A stretch of 64,000 nt of DNA from Balanoglossus misakiensis (Eukaryota > Animalia > Hemichordata), in contig CM082577.2 in assembly GCA_040954595.2 (NCBI GenBank), forward strand, positions 16,313,903-16,377,902, in the 5' to 3' direction. The translations under genes and the position numbers were made by a program. Below the pieces are notes generated by a model that ran no database searches, was not told where the DNA came from, and was given only the letters and a program-made list of their open reading frames with translations. Positions 49,535 to 63,095 of this stretch are shown piece by piece. How positions within the stretch are numbered: position 1 is the first letter of the stretch; each line of letters starts with the position of its first letter.

Positions 49535-52500
49535 CGACGACGCATGATTAGTTGTTTAATTAACTTCTCCAAAATCCGTTTCTCCAAAAGCCGTCTCGGA
49601 AATTATTTTAGTCAGTCAGTTGGCTGGTTGATATCTTTCGCCTTTTTTTCCCTTTTCAGCCAGGGTAAAAACTGTGATAATCTGTGGAACACATTCTTCG
49701 AGGCATTTGCATATCAGCAACCCTGCATATATAACACCAGATATACAAGTTTCTGTAACGATGCAGCTCATTTAGTTGCTCAAGGAAAGGTATGTCCAAC
49801 GCTCACGATTTTCGCCTGTTTTTTGAATGTTCACACAAACTTGAACGTGTTGATTCACACAATATATGTATGATTTTTGCGGTCCTCACACCTTATGGAA
49901 TAACTAAGACAGTGACTACGAAGACCAAGAAACAGATCACTCGCATATTCTATTTGCGCCTCCAAAAAATGTTAGTCCCCTAAACCTTTCATTTTTTTGC
50001 TATTTTAAAGCGTGTGGCTTAGTCTATCATCATGTCAAGCAATTTGGTGCAGTAACTAAATTTCTAGCGCCCATTGCACAAGTGGTGAACTATGCCTATT
50101 GGTACATTGTGGACAGTTATTTTCTTTTATTTGTATCCATTCTCCCGCTTGTATCATTCAGACATTATTCTATTCTGGGACTTACAAACAATCTCGTAAC
50201 ACCGGACTCACAACGTTGGAGGATACGCTTACTGGTTACGTTGTGAATGAGATCGACCAGTGGTGTGGACAGACAACCGAACCTGGTGTTAACTACGACC
50301 ACTGCCCCGGCTACAACGAGTGCAACCCGCCGTTGCCTCCGAGTAATGCTTGGTGTGCATTCTGGCAGATGGCATCTATGAAGGTAAGATACCAGTGAAG
50401 TACTGGTATTTCTATCAGTGACAAATCGATCATAAAGTGAAGCCATCAATATCACTATGTACGCTCCTCGGGGACAGATTTTCAGTAAAATATCCTTCAA
50501 ATTCTTTTATATTTTTTAGTATGGGAGTAATCTTAAAAAGTGTTTCCACTGTCTTTTCATAGTAGTCGCTAAATTTAAGTCTCCATGGAGTTAGACACAT
50601 AGCCTGGCGGCCATTTTCAATTTCAAATTTGAGACAATTTTGTTCCCTTATTCAAATTTTGCACGGTGACCGCCAGGTTATTTACTGAAATTCTGTATTT
50701 AAGATAGACTAATTTCGAATTGCTTTAATCAAAATATAAGGAAAGGCTTAAGACTTTAATTTTCGAGGTGCATCCCCCATCTTTGCATAATGACCCATAA
50801 TTCCCAAGTTCATATATGGCACATGCCCCAGTAAGGAGTAGTACAATGTTTGTTATTGGACAACTGTGTCTTGAAATTTTCACAGTTCGCCAAAATCGCA
50901 CGGGGTAAAGTCTATGTCATGTTGGACGGTTCTCGCAAGAACACGGCAGGCCGGTATGAGGCAGTTTCCTCCACGAGGTATGTACTGATAGAAAATGTAA
51001 GCCTTAGGTATTTTGAGGTGTCAGCCCGTGTGCCGGATTAAATTAGGGCCACAAAACCATCTTTCTGGTTTAAAGAAAAAACCCGCACTATACTATTCAG
51101 AAAGTTTTGTATTTTTCTTACTTTGTATCTAGTCCGAGATTGTACAGTTTGCGTTATTGATCAGTCATCTTAATGTTCTCAAAGATCTTGAGGAAGCATA
51201 ATGATAAAACACATTGCACTATGTGACGTCACATCACGTCATGTCACGTTCAGATTATCGACAGTTTTTCATACAATCTTTGTCATAACTGTAGCGCCCT
51301 CGTGCAGTCAGCATGAATTTGAAATCAAAGCGAGACCCAATGAAAAATCCCTTGATGTGATTGGTCAACTTTCCCGTTGGCCTCGCTTTGAGTTTAAATT
51401 CACGATGGCTGCATGAGGGCGCTGGACATATAAAAAGTGTGTATTGATGGTGGCATATGTATTGACTTCTCCCTATAGCTACTTTATGACATATGAACTG
51501 CCATACATTCAAAAGAGTTACGTGAGTGAAGTCCACATCCTCATGGTTTTCACAGGTGAAAGGTAAGACATATTTACAGTAAAGTTTAACGGAAACTGTT
51601 GCTCGTTTTGGACATTATCTGTGTTATTTTAGCTTCAGTTGTTAGATTTTATGCTGTTGTGCTCACTGAAACATGGGAAATCACCAGTTGTTAAAGCTCT
51701 GCTCACGCCAAATTTAGTAGCTACTTTGTCTAAAGGGACTCTCCTTTTATTTTGAAAACCTGGAAAGACATATTTTATTTGTTTGTACGTTCTCTATATT
51801 AATGGAAAATATGTCGAGATTGTCATTCAATCAGGATTCAGAAACGACTATTGTCTATGATTTAGCTGGAACTTTGTAACTGTTTTGTAATGTTTTACTA
51901 ACGCCTTTCGTGCAATCGAACCAATTGGTCTTTCAAACACGCATCGGTTATTGCTAACACATTTATATTATTATCGGTGTACACTCCTCCACTTTGGCTG
52001 AAGTTCCAGAAGCCTTATCTGGCGCTTCTTTTTGAAAAAAAACAGGGGCGAAGAGTGCGGCGTTGGTTCGGTACAGAACCTGCAGAACAACATCCGTTCC
52101 CTTGGGTTTAGTCAACGGTGTAGCGATTATACGTGAGTATTAATTTGGGCGACTTCTCTTTCCCAATGCCAAGTTAACTTCTATGTATTATATTTTGTGT
52201 CATTTTTACCAAATCCTTTACGGACAGTGCTGTTTCTCCCCTTACCACGTAATAGAGACCTTCACCCTGAAAGCGTCAGCTATACCCTGGTAGTTCTATC
52301 CAGCCCCCATAAAGTTTTAATAGTCCTGCTTCAAAATGACCTACATTACACGTCCTATGCACACGTATTACATGTTCTGATTGGTTTATCCGCTTCTCTA
52401 AGGTCCACTTGTGGCACGCTGATTGGAGGGACCTTATGTGTTAGGTCTTATTACTATGCATTATTCACCACACCTTGTAGGTTAGGTATTCACCATACAG

Positions 52501-54028
52501 CTCCCTGATTGGTTAACGTGTCAGTCTGGTCTCCCATGTGTTCACTGCCTCAATGTGAAATGTCCCATGTGCTTCCTGGCTAGCGTTGTGGTAACACATT
52601 ATTCGGGATGTCCGCAGATCGTTCATTGATTTTCTGAGAAATAGGCTGACTGATACTATCTCCAACATAAACCGCACCCTGGAAAGATTAAATGATTATT
52701 TAGATGGAATTTGAAAATATGATTTCTCATCTAAGCATTTTTGCTAACAGTTGTATACTTCTCATCATCAATATTATTATTGTTGTAATTACTATTTTAA
52801 AGTAAATTTGTAAAGATGTTGTGATAAGGAGCACGTTGTCCGTTTATACATTCCTATATTGTTTTCATAAAATGGAACTATGACGGTGCAGCTTCGTGAA
52901 AGAAGTACAATAAAACTTATCATACCTGTAAAGCAACTAATGAGGTATCCCAAAGAACTGCAATGCTATTCTAAACATATCTATTTTAAGATATTTTTGG
53001 TTTGCTCGAATGAATAGCACAAACTTCGTATTCAGCCACGTGTTACACGAAGTGATGCGCTGAAAGGCATTACGTAACAAAACACTAGCCCATTTCAACA
53101 AACCGCCACTGGAAATAAAATACAAAATTTCTCCCGGCAGTTTTTATTTCGAGTATCAAGTTCACAGTATCACATAAAATGCCATGAATAGTGAAGGAAA
53201 AGGTGACATCCAATCATTATATGAGTGCCTTTCTTTATACACTGGGATCGAGCTTCGACCACGCGCAGGCAGCATGCCAGACAGAATACGACAACTGTAT
53301 TCAGAAAGTACAAAGGACTTTGCATAACGAGGCAGTGAAAACTGGATACCTACACATTAACCAATCAGGGAGCTGTATGGTGAATAAATACATATTAATA
53401 AGACCTAACCGACATGGTCCTGCATAATGAGGCAGTGAACACTGGAGGACCAGACCTACACATTAACCAATCAGGGAGCTGTAAAGTGAATAATACATAG
53501 TAATAAGACCTAACCTACAATGTCTAGTGAATAATACATAATAATAAGACCTAACACATAAGGTCCCTCCAATCAGCGTGCCGCAAGTGGACCTAAGATT
53601 TCCAGATGACCAATCACAGATGTCGGTACATATGTCATGGACCTGACTTATGAAACAGGACTAATGGGTCTGTTATGGCTGCAATGATTGTAGCGGGTGT
53701 TGCTTGCGAACACCATCGCCACCCTTGCAGCACACGCTACAATCGTTGCAGCCTGGCATATGATATTTTCCTGAACCAATTGCGGACATTGGTTATACAA
53801 CAAATCAAGCAAAAGGGTGCCTACCATCAACAATTTGACATTGACCCTCCAGATCAATTTTCACACTTTTTCAGGCAATTCGTGGCCACTGACGATGGTC
53901 CTGGGTTGCGCAAAATCAGAGCAGCAGAGGAGGATGGCGACTGCGCCAATATCAGCAGTGTTGTCCGTGTCGGCCTGGATTTTGTTCTCGTCTTCGTTTG
54001 CATTATTTTCTCCGTTTACACAAAGTAA
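48593..54028 (+). CDS. ADP-ribosyl cyclase (CD38/BST1 family) gene 2, ~331 aa; exons 48593-48726, 49377-49469, 49660-49789, 50162-50383, 50886-50977, 51479-51562, 52046-52132, 53875-54028
   Basis: Signal peptide; GTPGNLQEIFLGRC; TLFYSGT; TLEDTL; FWQMAS; MLDGS; YFMTYELP; EECG.GSV; hydrophobic C-terminal tail. Introns are phase-consistent GT-AG; the last exon is the least certain. Confidence 0.88.
49475..49533. repeat. (GAT)n microsatellite in a cyclase gene 2 intron
   Basis: Directly visible. Confidence 0.95.
52401..53595. repeat. Intronic inverted repeat pair (~52401-52516 vs ~53460-53595) with a local tandem duplication
   Basis: aggtccacttgtggcacgctgattggagggaccttatgtgttaggtcttatta is mirrored ~1.1 kb downstream. 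Confidence 0.7.
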
Positions 54029-54529
54029 TGTTCTCCAGATTGTCGACATATGTCATTATCACACCATGTGTGTGTTTATGTTTTCATTAAGGGTGGTAGT
54101 TACGGTGTGGTTCTGTGTGTTTTCTTCGAGAAAGTTCAGTTAAAAATATGTATATCCGTTTAGCTATGAGACATTAATTCCCTCAGAATCCTATCACTAA
54201 TTGGTTAGCTGGTAATTTGCTATTCGCTCCCTTGGCGTCCTCTCTGAGAAGTTTTGTAGAGTAGTTTCCAAGTTCTGAATAAACCAACAGCTAAACTTCA
54301 CCCGTTTTAATGTGAAAGTGTGTTACCATAGTAGACAAAAGAACATGGTTCACCAGAGTTGCACAACTGTTCCGGATGATCTTGAACCCGCCAATTATCA
54401 TATCTCAAGTTCACTTTGATGATTATTCAGTTTCAGTTTCGAGTATTTATCGTGTAATCTTGTCCACTGTCGAGTAATTGCAGTTGGACTAAGTGCTATT
54501 TCTCCTTTCAATGACATAAACTGTCTAGG

Positions 54530-55063
54530 TCATTTCAAGGCATGATCCAAAGGTAGGTGGTGTGTGACAAGAACATTTCTCAATTCCAGTATATGCTTGA
54601 TTTGAAGGTTAATAGTGTTGTCCTGGCTATCTGAGAAGCTGCAAGTGAGCAAAACCTGCTTGGTGATATTATTCTCACTGAAAACATCTGACAACTTCCT
54701 CTCTGTCTGGCCTGAAATAATGGTGCTGAGTTCTTCGTCTTCATTTCCTTCTATTCTACCTTTCTCTACTCTCTTCCTAACTTGCCTTGTTAAATTACTT
54801 ATTTTTGCTGGCAAAATGATGTCAGGATCAAACAGTTTAATGATGTGAGGTAAAGCCTGTTGAATATTAATTCCGGTTGCCTGCAGCTCGTCATGTAAAC
54901 TTAGATACAGGTTGTAGGTAAGTGGAACCTCACAATTAATATCAGCTAAAGGCTTCTGTCCTGTCACAAAGCTGTGTAGATTATCCATTATCTGAAGTAC
55001 TGTTTCCGTATTTCTTATGGCCGACAAATACAAGGTGACTGAATTTTTAAATGTATATGTCAC
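54530..55063 (-). CDS. Unidentified 177-codon ORF, probably an exon of a TE-derived gene
   Basis: A long open frame in AT-rich DNA with protein-like composition. I cannot name a family. Confidence 0.3.
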   Translation of the reverse strand: MTYTFKNSVTLYLSAIRNTETVLQIMDNLHSFVTGQKPLADINCEVPLTYNLYLSLHDELQATGINIQQALPHIIKLFDPDIILPAKISNLTRQVRKRVEKGRIEGNEDEELSTIISGQTERKLSDVFSENNITKQVLLTCSFSDSQDNTINLQIKHILELRNVLVTHHLPLDHALK

Positions 55064-55935
55064 TGATGAAGAACCACGAGGAAATTATATTGAAAGACTC
55101 AAAAACCTACTTTGTGATCTTAAAAAATGCCCCCCAAAATAAAAATAAAATGTGTTCATTACTAATTTATCCCAGGATACACTAAAGGGAAATATGAATG
55201 AATTCGAATGCAAAGGGAAAACTAAGACTTGACTGCTGACATGAGAAGGAAATAATAAGTAAATTTCAGACTTTTGACAGCACAGATGAACTGGGAGATG
55301 AACTTCACATCGTTAAAACTCGGTATAATTTATCATGAAATACCATGCCACTAGACCTGCCCACACTCAATGCCGTTTAAAACTATTTTATTGTGGTGAA
55401 CACGACTATAGCCCCAGGAAACGCTTCATCGCCAAGCTGGATCAAATGCATGTACCTTTGATGCCTTCAAGGTGAGATGATGTCATACAGAGATGTCGTT
55501 CCAAGGGTAAACCACAAAGTAAACTATAACCTTTGTTTTGTCGGCTTTTCGTGCAAAATACATGGTATTTAAATATGACATCACTTCTACGCTTTTCAAA
55601 GTCAAAGCATTTCTTACACATTGTATTTTTCTATAAAATAGGCAATTGAATTGTCTGTATGATGCGTTGCCCTAGAACCGAATTGTGGATGGATGTATTA
55701 CAAAGAATTTACTTCTTTAACTAGAAATGTCACAATTTTCATTCTGCGATAACTGGAAAGGGACATTTCAACGCGCGATTTTTGACAATCTGGTATTATT
55801 GCCCCCTCACATTTATGGCAAGAAAACGTGATTTCAGATTCCCAAACTATTTGTAATACTATATAAGGTCAGAATCAATAAATATATAGGTCCTCGTAAT
55901 AGCCGCTTCTCGTTTAGCCGATTTCATTACTGTAA

Positions 55936-57551
55936 TTAGGGCACAAGCCAAGCAGGCTTGTGCCCTATTGGTATTACTGGGGTTTTTCATCTTTTTTTTT
56001 TTCTTGTGTAGTTTTTTTGCTCAGGTAGATCTTGAAAACGGCTGAACCTACAAATCTCAAACTTGGCACAATGGTGCAGGCCTATGAGAGCTGGTGCAGT
56101 ATCCCTGTGAATGTTTAATTAGTCATGTGGCTTGATGACCATATATGGGGAAAATTTTTAAAATGGGCCTAATTTGCATATGAATGGAGATATCGAAATT
56201 CTTTTAGCAACTTTTGTGGACCATGTGATCAGTGTCCTACATGCCAAATATCAAGGCCGTGGGCCAAGTCTATTTTGAGAAGAAGACTTGTAAATATTAG
56301 TAGTTTTTCATATTTTTGGACCCAGCCATGGGCCTATACTTTCTATAGTTAAGCTATGACGCCATGTACACGTCTGTGCAATGGTCCTGTACAGTGACTG
56401 CCTACTGGCCCGTGAGCAGAATGGGACCACATTAAAAGGCAAAATTTCGGGCTCACCTGTAACACCTGCTAAACTCATTAATTATGTGCATACCTAATTC
56501 CGGGCTAACTAATAGGGCTAGAGGTTTCGTTCTTTTTGGTCATGGACCAGTATGGGGTTAAAAAAATTTGCCCAAATTCTGGGTGACCTCAGGTGACCTT
56601 TGACCTACTTTCCTATATCTCCGCATCCAGAGCAGTTACAGACTTGGCGTTTGGAGGGTTGGGACTAAAATAGAAAAGCCAAAATTGGGGGTCACCTGTG
56701 ACACCTGCTTATCTCATTAATTATGTGCATACCTAATTCCAGTCTAACCGATAGGGCTAGAGGTTTTGTTCTTGTGGGACATGGACCAGTATGAGGTTAA
56801 AAAAATTTGCCCAAATTTTGGGTGACCTCAGGTGACCTTTGACCTACTGTCCTATATCTCCGCATCAATAGCAGGTACAGACTTGGCGTTTGGAGGGTTG
56901 GGACTATAATTGAAAAGCCAAATTTGGGGGTCACCTGTGACACCTGCTTATCTCATTAATTATGTGCATACCTAATTCCAGGCTAACCAATAGGGTTAGA
57001 GGTTTGATTTTTGTTGAACATGGACCAGTATAGGCTCAAAATTTCTTGCCCAAATTTTGCATGACCTCAGGTGACCTTTGACCTAATTTACCATATCTTG
57101 GCAACCAGAGCAGGCAAAGACTTGGCGTTTGGAGGGTTGGGACTAAAATTGAAAAGCCAAAATTTGGGGTCACCAGTGACACCTGCATATCTCATTAATT
57201 ATGTGCATACCTAATTCCAGGCTAACCAATAGGGCTAGAGGTTTTGTTCTTGTGGGACATGGATCAGTATGGGGTCAAAAATTTTGCCCAAATTTTGGGT
57301 GACCTCAGGTGACCTTTGACCTACTTTGCTATATCTTGGCATCCAGAACAGGTACAGAATTTGTGTTTGGATGGATCGAACTATTAATGGAGTCTTACAC
57401 TTTACATCATTAATTATGTGCATATCTAATTTCAGGCAAACCAATAGGGCTAGAGGTCAGGTTTCTTTTTGCCCAATTTTTGGGTGACCACATATGACCT
57501 TTGACCTTCGGCTTAAGCTTGTGCCCGTCATCGCTGCTTGCAGCTATATTT
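55936..57551 (+). mobile_element. Helentron-associated (HINE/DINE-like) element with a central 239-bp tandem array
   Basis: 5' agggcacaagc...gcttgtgccct hairpin, 3' subTIR gcttgtgccc, terminal stem-loop gctgcttgcagc followed by tatattt. Repeat units start near 56452, 56691, 56930 and 57169. Confidence 0.7.
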
Positions 57552-58511
57552 GTTTTTGTAATTTCTCAAAAATCCATACACACAAAGAAATAAGGCCATG
57601 GATACGGAGAAAGCACTTGAAGGCGGGGTACATGACATTGTTGTGAACAAAATCCAGTATCAAATGACATTTGTTGCAGACACCACCTGTAAATTGAGGA
57701 GCTTCTGATAAAAAATGAACATTCATATTTATTTCACCAAGGAACACTATTCGAACAAATGGCACACCTGATAATAATCATGCATTATTTTCCATGTTTT
57801 CTAGAGATTGATTGAACCACGAATATATACATGTTTTACTTTCACCAGTATATCACATTCACAAAAAAAATTAAAAAATTGCTTTCTCATCAATTTGGAT
57901 TCAACGTGCAAAAATTCAAAATGACCACCAATCCCTGCATTATTTCTATGGAGAAAAAGTAAAGTGGTGATTTCTATTTCTTCTTTGATTTCAAAAAGAT
58001 TCTCCACACAATTTAATATAACAAAGTATTGAGAGGTTTGGAGGGCCATATTTTTCTGAAAATATGTCCTAAAAGGCGCGTACTACCTTAAAATCTAAGG
58101 AAAGCAATCCACAAAAATCATTTAATTCAATTGGTATTTTATTAGACTGGGTTGATATATAGTGTTATCATCTACAATAAATGTTATAATGTAACATCAC
58201 GCAACTAGACCCCTCTATTGTTGCACAGTCGTATGGGTATTGTTCGTACATGACGCATTCATATAATCATAATCCACAAAAATAAAATATAGTATCAGTA
58301 TCAATAGCGTTGTCAGATTCAGACAAACACAGTACGCCACAGCACGATACAGCACAGCGCAGAAACATGTCTGTAGGCCCAATATGACCCTGAACAAACA
58401 AGTGCTGAACGCTTTCATTCCGAGTCTAAAATATGTAATCTCAACCATCGATAAACGCGGACAAATACGTTATTTTTGTGTGTAGGAAATCTCAGTCCTG
58501 TGACTTGCTGT

Positions 58512-59489
58512 TTAAGACGTTTCATTGGTCGGCGTTGGGTGGACGGTGGTTATTCCTGTTGTTCTGTTTGCCACATCGGTTGGCTGCTGCGCGTTACCGT
58601 CAACTCTTCGCCAAAATACATAGCGCTTGAACGCCTTGGACATGAGGGCGTATACAATCGGATTGGCGACGCTGCCCGCGTTTACCAGCATCAGCAACAT
58701 GTTGACAACGTGCAAGTTGAATTCAAAGAAACCACTTTGGTTGGCAAAGAAGTATATTGACACCGGTAAAAACGTGACGAAGAAACAGAGCACTATCGCG
58801 ATGGAGACTTTGAACGTGGCTATGTCCATTCGTTCTTCGGGCCCCGCTTGCTGCTGCAGCCACGGCGTTACGGTGAGTTGGTGGCGTCTTATCTTTGCGT
58901 AGATGCGCGCATGAGATATGACGATGGTTACCAAACTAAGTAGAATTATGATCATAGAGATGAAGTTAAGAGAGGTGTTTGTCTTGGTCTTCTCAGTTGC
59001 AATGAAACACGAGCCTTCTACCCCACTGCCCAATCTTAAAGAAGCCGTTGCGATGCCACATAAATAACTTAGGCTTACGGAGATTTTGATGACTGTCATC
59101 AGTGTCTCCTTCGGATACTTTCCGACCACAGCCAGTGTCCGTGTCACGCACACCGTTGCCAAAGTGACCACACTGGCTATTGCAGAGGCGTTTAAAATAA
59201 ACGTCTGTATCTTGCAGAGTGTCTGGTAAACACCGACTATTTCCAGTTCTCCGTCGCCAATGAGAACTTTCACCGTCAGAGCCAAGCGCATCGGTGCCGC
59301 GAAGACGCAGGCGGCCCCGTCGATGAACGCCAAAGAGACCAGTTGATAGTTACTCGGCGTTCGCATTTTCTTGTTGGCAAACACAACATAACACACAGTG
59401 GCGTTCCCGAGAAGTCCAACTACGGCCACTAATACGTAGAGAACACAGCAGATAGTGTCTATCAGATATTCTGTCTTACTGAGCGACAT
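58512..59489 (-). CDS. Intronless class A (rhodopsin-family) GPCR, peptide-receptor-like, 325 aa
   Basis: Seven hydrophobic segments; GLLGN (TM1), MRTPSN..LVSLAFID (TM2), LCKI (TM3), CFFVTFLP (TM6), NPIVY (TM7). First ATG at 59489. Confidence 0.9.
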   Translation of the reverse strand: MSLSKTEYLIDTICCVLYVLVAVVGLLGNATVCYVVFANKKMRTPSNYQLVSLAFIDGAACVFAAPMRLALTVKVLIGDGELEIVGVYQTLCKIQTFILNASAIASVVTLATVCVTRTLAVVGKYPKETLMTVIKISVSLSYLCGIATASLRLGSGVEGSCFIATEKTKTNTSLNFISMIIILLSLVTIVISHARIYAKIRRHQLTVTPWLQQQAGPEERMDIATFKVSIAIVLCFFVTFLPVSIYFFANQSGFFEFNLHVVNMLLMLVNAGSVANPIVYALMSKAFKRYVFWRRVDGNAQQPTDVANRTTGITTVHPTPTNETS

Positions 59490-61098
59490 TTTGCCGGGGA
59501 AAACGTCTGTTCGAATGACTTCTTGCAAAATACACCAAGCAAATGTTCCTTCTCTGTCTCCGTTCACCACTGACTGCCTGAGACACAAACGCTTATGAAT
59601 AAACCTCTGCCCATCTGACTAGAAGATCATATTCTCAACGTCATAATCTACCTCCATAGCAACGATGTAAGAGGAAAGATAAAGTTAACAGTAACCATTA
59701 CGTAACAGCATCTCTCATCACAGGAAGTGAAATACGAATACTTTTTTGCCAATTACCGAAGTCCTGAGCCCTTAAAGTATCTAAATCTGTTTACCATGTT
59801 TACACCCCGGTGTGACATGGTCGTCATGAATTTTAAAGATATATTTAGTGTTTTTTGTAAAAAAAGAAAAAAAAGAAACAGACATTGGTACAAGTACAAA
59901 CCGTTCATTTCATCTAGATATCACATAAAATTACCACTTTTCATACAGCGAAGGGGTAATTTCTGATTGTGATTTTTATGTCATGCACTGACATTATATT
60001 GCACAGTGAGTGAGTGACTTTGTACAAGGCCTTTGCCTATTCTCTGTGGTATTGATATCACAAAAAGGCAAAAACAACGAGTTAGTCGATTATGTGGATT
60101 CTGTTACGCGCAGTGTACTAATTTATAGTAAAGGTGTCACTACACATGTCGCCCATGACGATATCAGATTATTGGCTATTTCTAAATTCTTCTCTGTAAT
60201 ACATCTAGGTACTGGTAACATGTGTTGTGTAAACCACGGTCGCGATACTTATGAAAATGTTTGTTGTACGTGCAAATGCATACCTCTTACCACTGTTACC
60301 GGGGCCATGAAATGCGTTATGTACAGTCACACGCCGAGAACGTGAAACTTCAGCTCATATCACACAAATGTCCATTCCAGCGCTGATAGTTCATGGACAG
60401 TTAGTCAGTACATTATTGACATGCAACGTATATTTACGAGGTGCTGACGTGGTCATTTACATAGGACGCCGTTTTTACAGGCGACTCAAAAACCATGTTA
60501 ATCAATTACCCATGTTCATTTTCAAATAAAGTTAACATAACTGCCATTGTGCAAATGGAACACTTTAATGTAGCAAACCCGTGCTGCAACTTCAAGAAAT
60601 CATCACCTTTCTGGCTGACCAGACTGTGCACCGTTGCAATCCCTGAAGCATGTTAATGGGAATATGAGAACAAAATTTTCCAAAGTGTATGCCTTTTGAA
60701 GGCCACCAGTAATATGTTGATTGCATGTAACCACAGCAACTGTAAATTACCAGTTAGTGAAATTTTCAACCTCAAGCGTTGAAATGGCTTTTTATTGTAG
60801 TTCATATATCAAATATCTGACCTTCAAGTCTACTGCTTTAAGCCAAAAAGTTAAAATTACACATTTTGTTTGTACCTGACACAACATGAACATTGTGGCA
60901 TGTGACATGTGTACGACAACAAATCTTTGACCTTTTTGATATTATCCAAAAGCCACGTTCAACAGCATGTACAATCCTTATAAAGGCACACCATGTATGT
61001 ACAGGCGTGTGAATTAAATGAAAATATATTTCACCACCTAATAGCTGCTTTGACATTTTTGTTTTGAATTGAATGGTATTATATTTTTTGACTTGTGA

Positions 61099-62458
61099 AG
61101 AGATAGGAACCATGCATGTCAGTACGTCAATGCCTGTGAAATCTATACAGTTGGTGGTTGGTGGCGGTAGAACGCAAGTACATGTAGTCAGTAATGGACA
61201 ACAACCCACAACATCAACAGAATCAGCAAATGAGACAAAGACAGGACCGGTAGAAGTACAGAACGCGACTCGGGGTGTTACAGCCACAGTTCAGGCCACT
61301 TCTGTCGCAAAAGGAACCTCTTCCACGGCCACTACTCGGACAGTTACGAACACAACTGACCACAACGCAATATTGGGCCAGAGCACATCTCATTCGGAGC
61401 CGAGCAGTGTCAGTGAAACGCCCAATATAAACATTACCAAGGCTCACATAGTCACAAGTGAACAGGGCAACGCAGCAGTTTTTCAGCCACAAAATATTTC
61501 AACGACTACATCTCAAAGTTTTGATTCAACAACTACATCTCAAAGTGTAACACTGATAAAAGTACAGTTACTCCAACAGTTACACCTTCAAGTAAGTTAT
61601 CGCGCTGTGTCAGTATTTGTTGTACTTGTATAGTGGTACGTATAACACACATAACATTTATATAAATACAAATGTACCGCATTAACCAGAGTCTAACACA
61701 AGGAGACCAGCTCAGCTATTAACACCGTCTCTGGTACAAAGTACGCTGACACTGTAACTATTCTATTCACTGTACCTTGGAGTCATGCTTCCCGAACATG
61801 CATATAAAAGTATTAGATAGTAATATCATGCACGCCGTCTGCAGTGAATGTTTATGGCACCGTATCACCTGTAGTATACACAATCTTCCCAAATTGCATG
61901 CTACTTTTTCAGTTAGGGGGTCTTGAATATTGTTGAAATGCTGAGTCGGTAGTTTTCTTGCACTCCCAATGCTATACTAGTAGTTTTTCTATGGTGAAAA
62001 TATCTCCACAGCTCTGTCAAAAATCAAGCCAAGCACGGTGACATAGTGTTTCTTAATATCATTTAATAATACTCCTTTTTGGCACTTTTTGTGAAAATTT
62101 CAAGAAATACTGTTTTCTCAAAATTCTACATGTAATACTTCGGAATGTGGTAACCACGCACTGCATCAAGGTAGGTAGACATCTACCTTGATGATTCCTC
62201 CCTAGGGACAACTTCAGAAGCAGCGACTACAGAAGTAAATGAAGAAGGAGAATCATTGAACCAGGAGAACAAGCGACAACTCGGGCTACACCACAACAGA
62301 AGGTCAGGCGGACACAGAGGCGGAAATGACGACACAGCCAAGCCAGACGACGGCAGAGTCTGAGCCAATCCACCCATCCACGGAGCTTTGTGACTATCCA
62401 GAGTACAATGAAACCGCAGGAAGTTTCGGCCACATGATCGCCAGCCAGACAACAACAG
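61099..62458 (+). CDS. Ser/Thr-rich (mucin-like) coding exons of a larger, incompletely resolved gene
   Basis: ORF 61073-61633 is T/S-rich and ends at a gtaagt donor near 61591. Further S/T/E-rich exon-like blocks lie at ~61690-61740 and ~62190-62458. Confidence 0.4.
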
Positions 62459-63095
62459 GTGTGTAGAGCATAAATATGCAAATTACTCTTGAACATTTTG
62501 TTCTTGAAAATTTTGTTCTTCACTTGTACAGGTACTTTTTGGTGCAGAAAATATTGCTTGCTTTTACAGATTACATGCAACCAAGAACTTGGGGTGAAAG
62601 GGTTAAAAGCAGTCAAACACTACTCTAAGATGGACTACCTGATTAACGGGATGTACAACTGAGATCCTTGGGTGGATAGCAGATGCCATTTTATAGTTCC
62701 ATCGCATGTGAGATTTTTTTGAAAATTTTCCCTGTAATATACCAAGGTGTTGTGAGTGCTTCATTTATAGTATGTTGTACTGTGTCTTGCTAAAATGTAA
62801 TTTTAGTCACTGCCAGGAAGTGCCAAGGTGAAACATTATGTGACCGGGGGTTGATTTACCTACTTACCTGTGACAGGGGGGTTGACTTACTTACTTACCT
62901 ACATACGTTGAAGGCGTTATACACCTGTGTCAGGGGGTATGCTTACATACTTACCTGCATACGTTGAGGGCGCTATACACACATATATATAGGCACGCAC
63001 TTCCATACTAGGTCAGTCATTATCTGACCCGTGCTCGTTTCATTTTGTTACCTGTATGTGTAGGTGAGTTTACCTTTTACAATCCACTTTAGATT

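Noticed and set aside
53191-53427. Alternative last exon of cyclase gene 2
   Set aside because: The acceptor is weak, it overlaps an intronic repeat and it has no hydrophobic tail. Exon 53875-54028 has a better acceptor and the same length (154 nt) as the last exon of gene 1.
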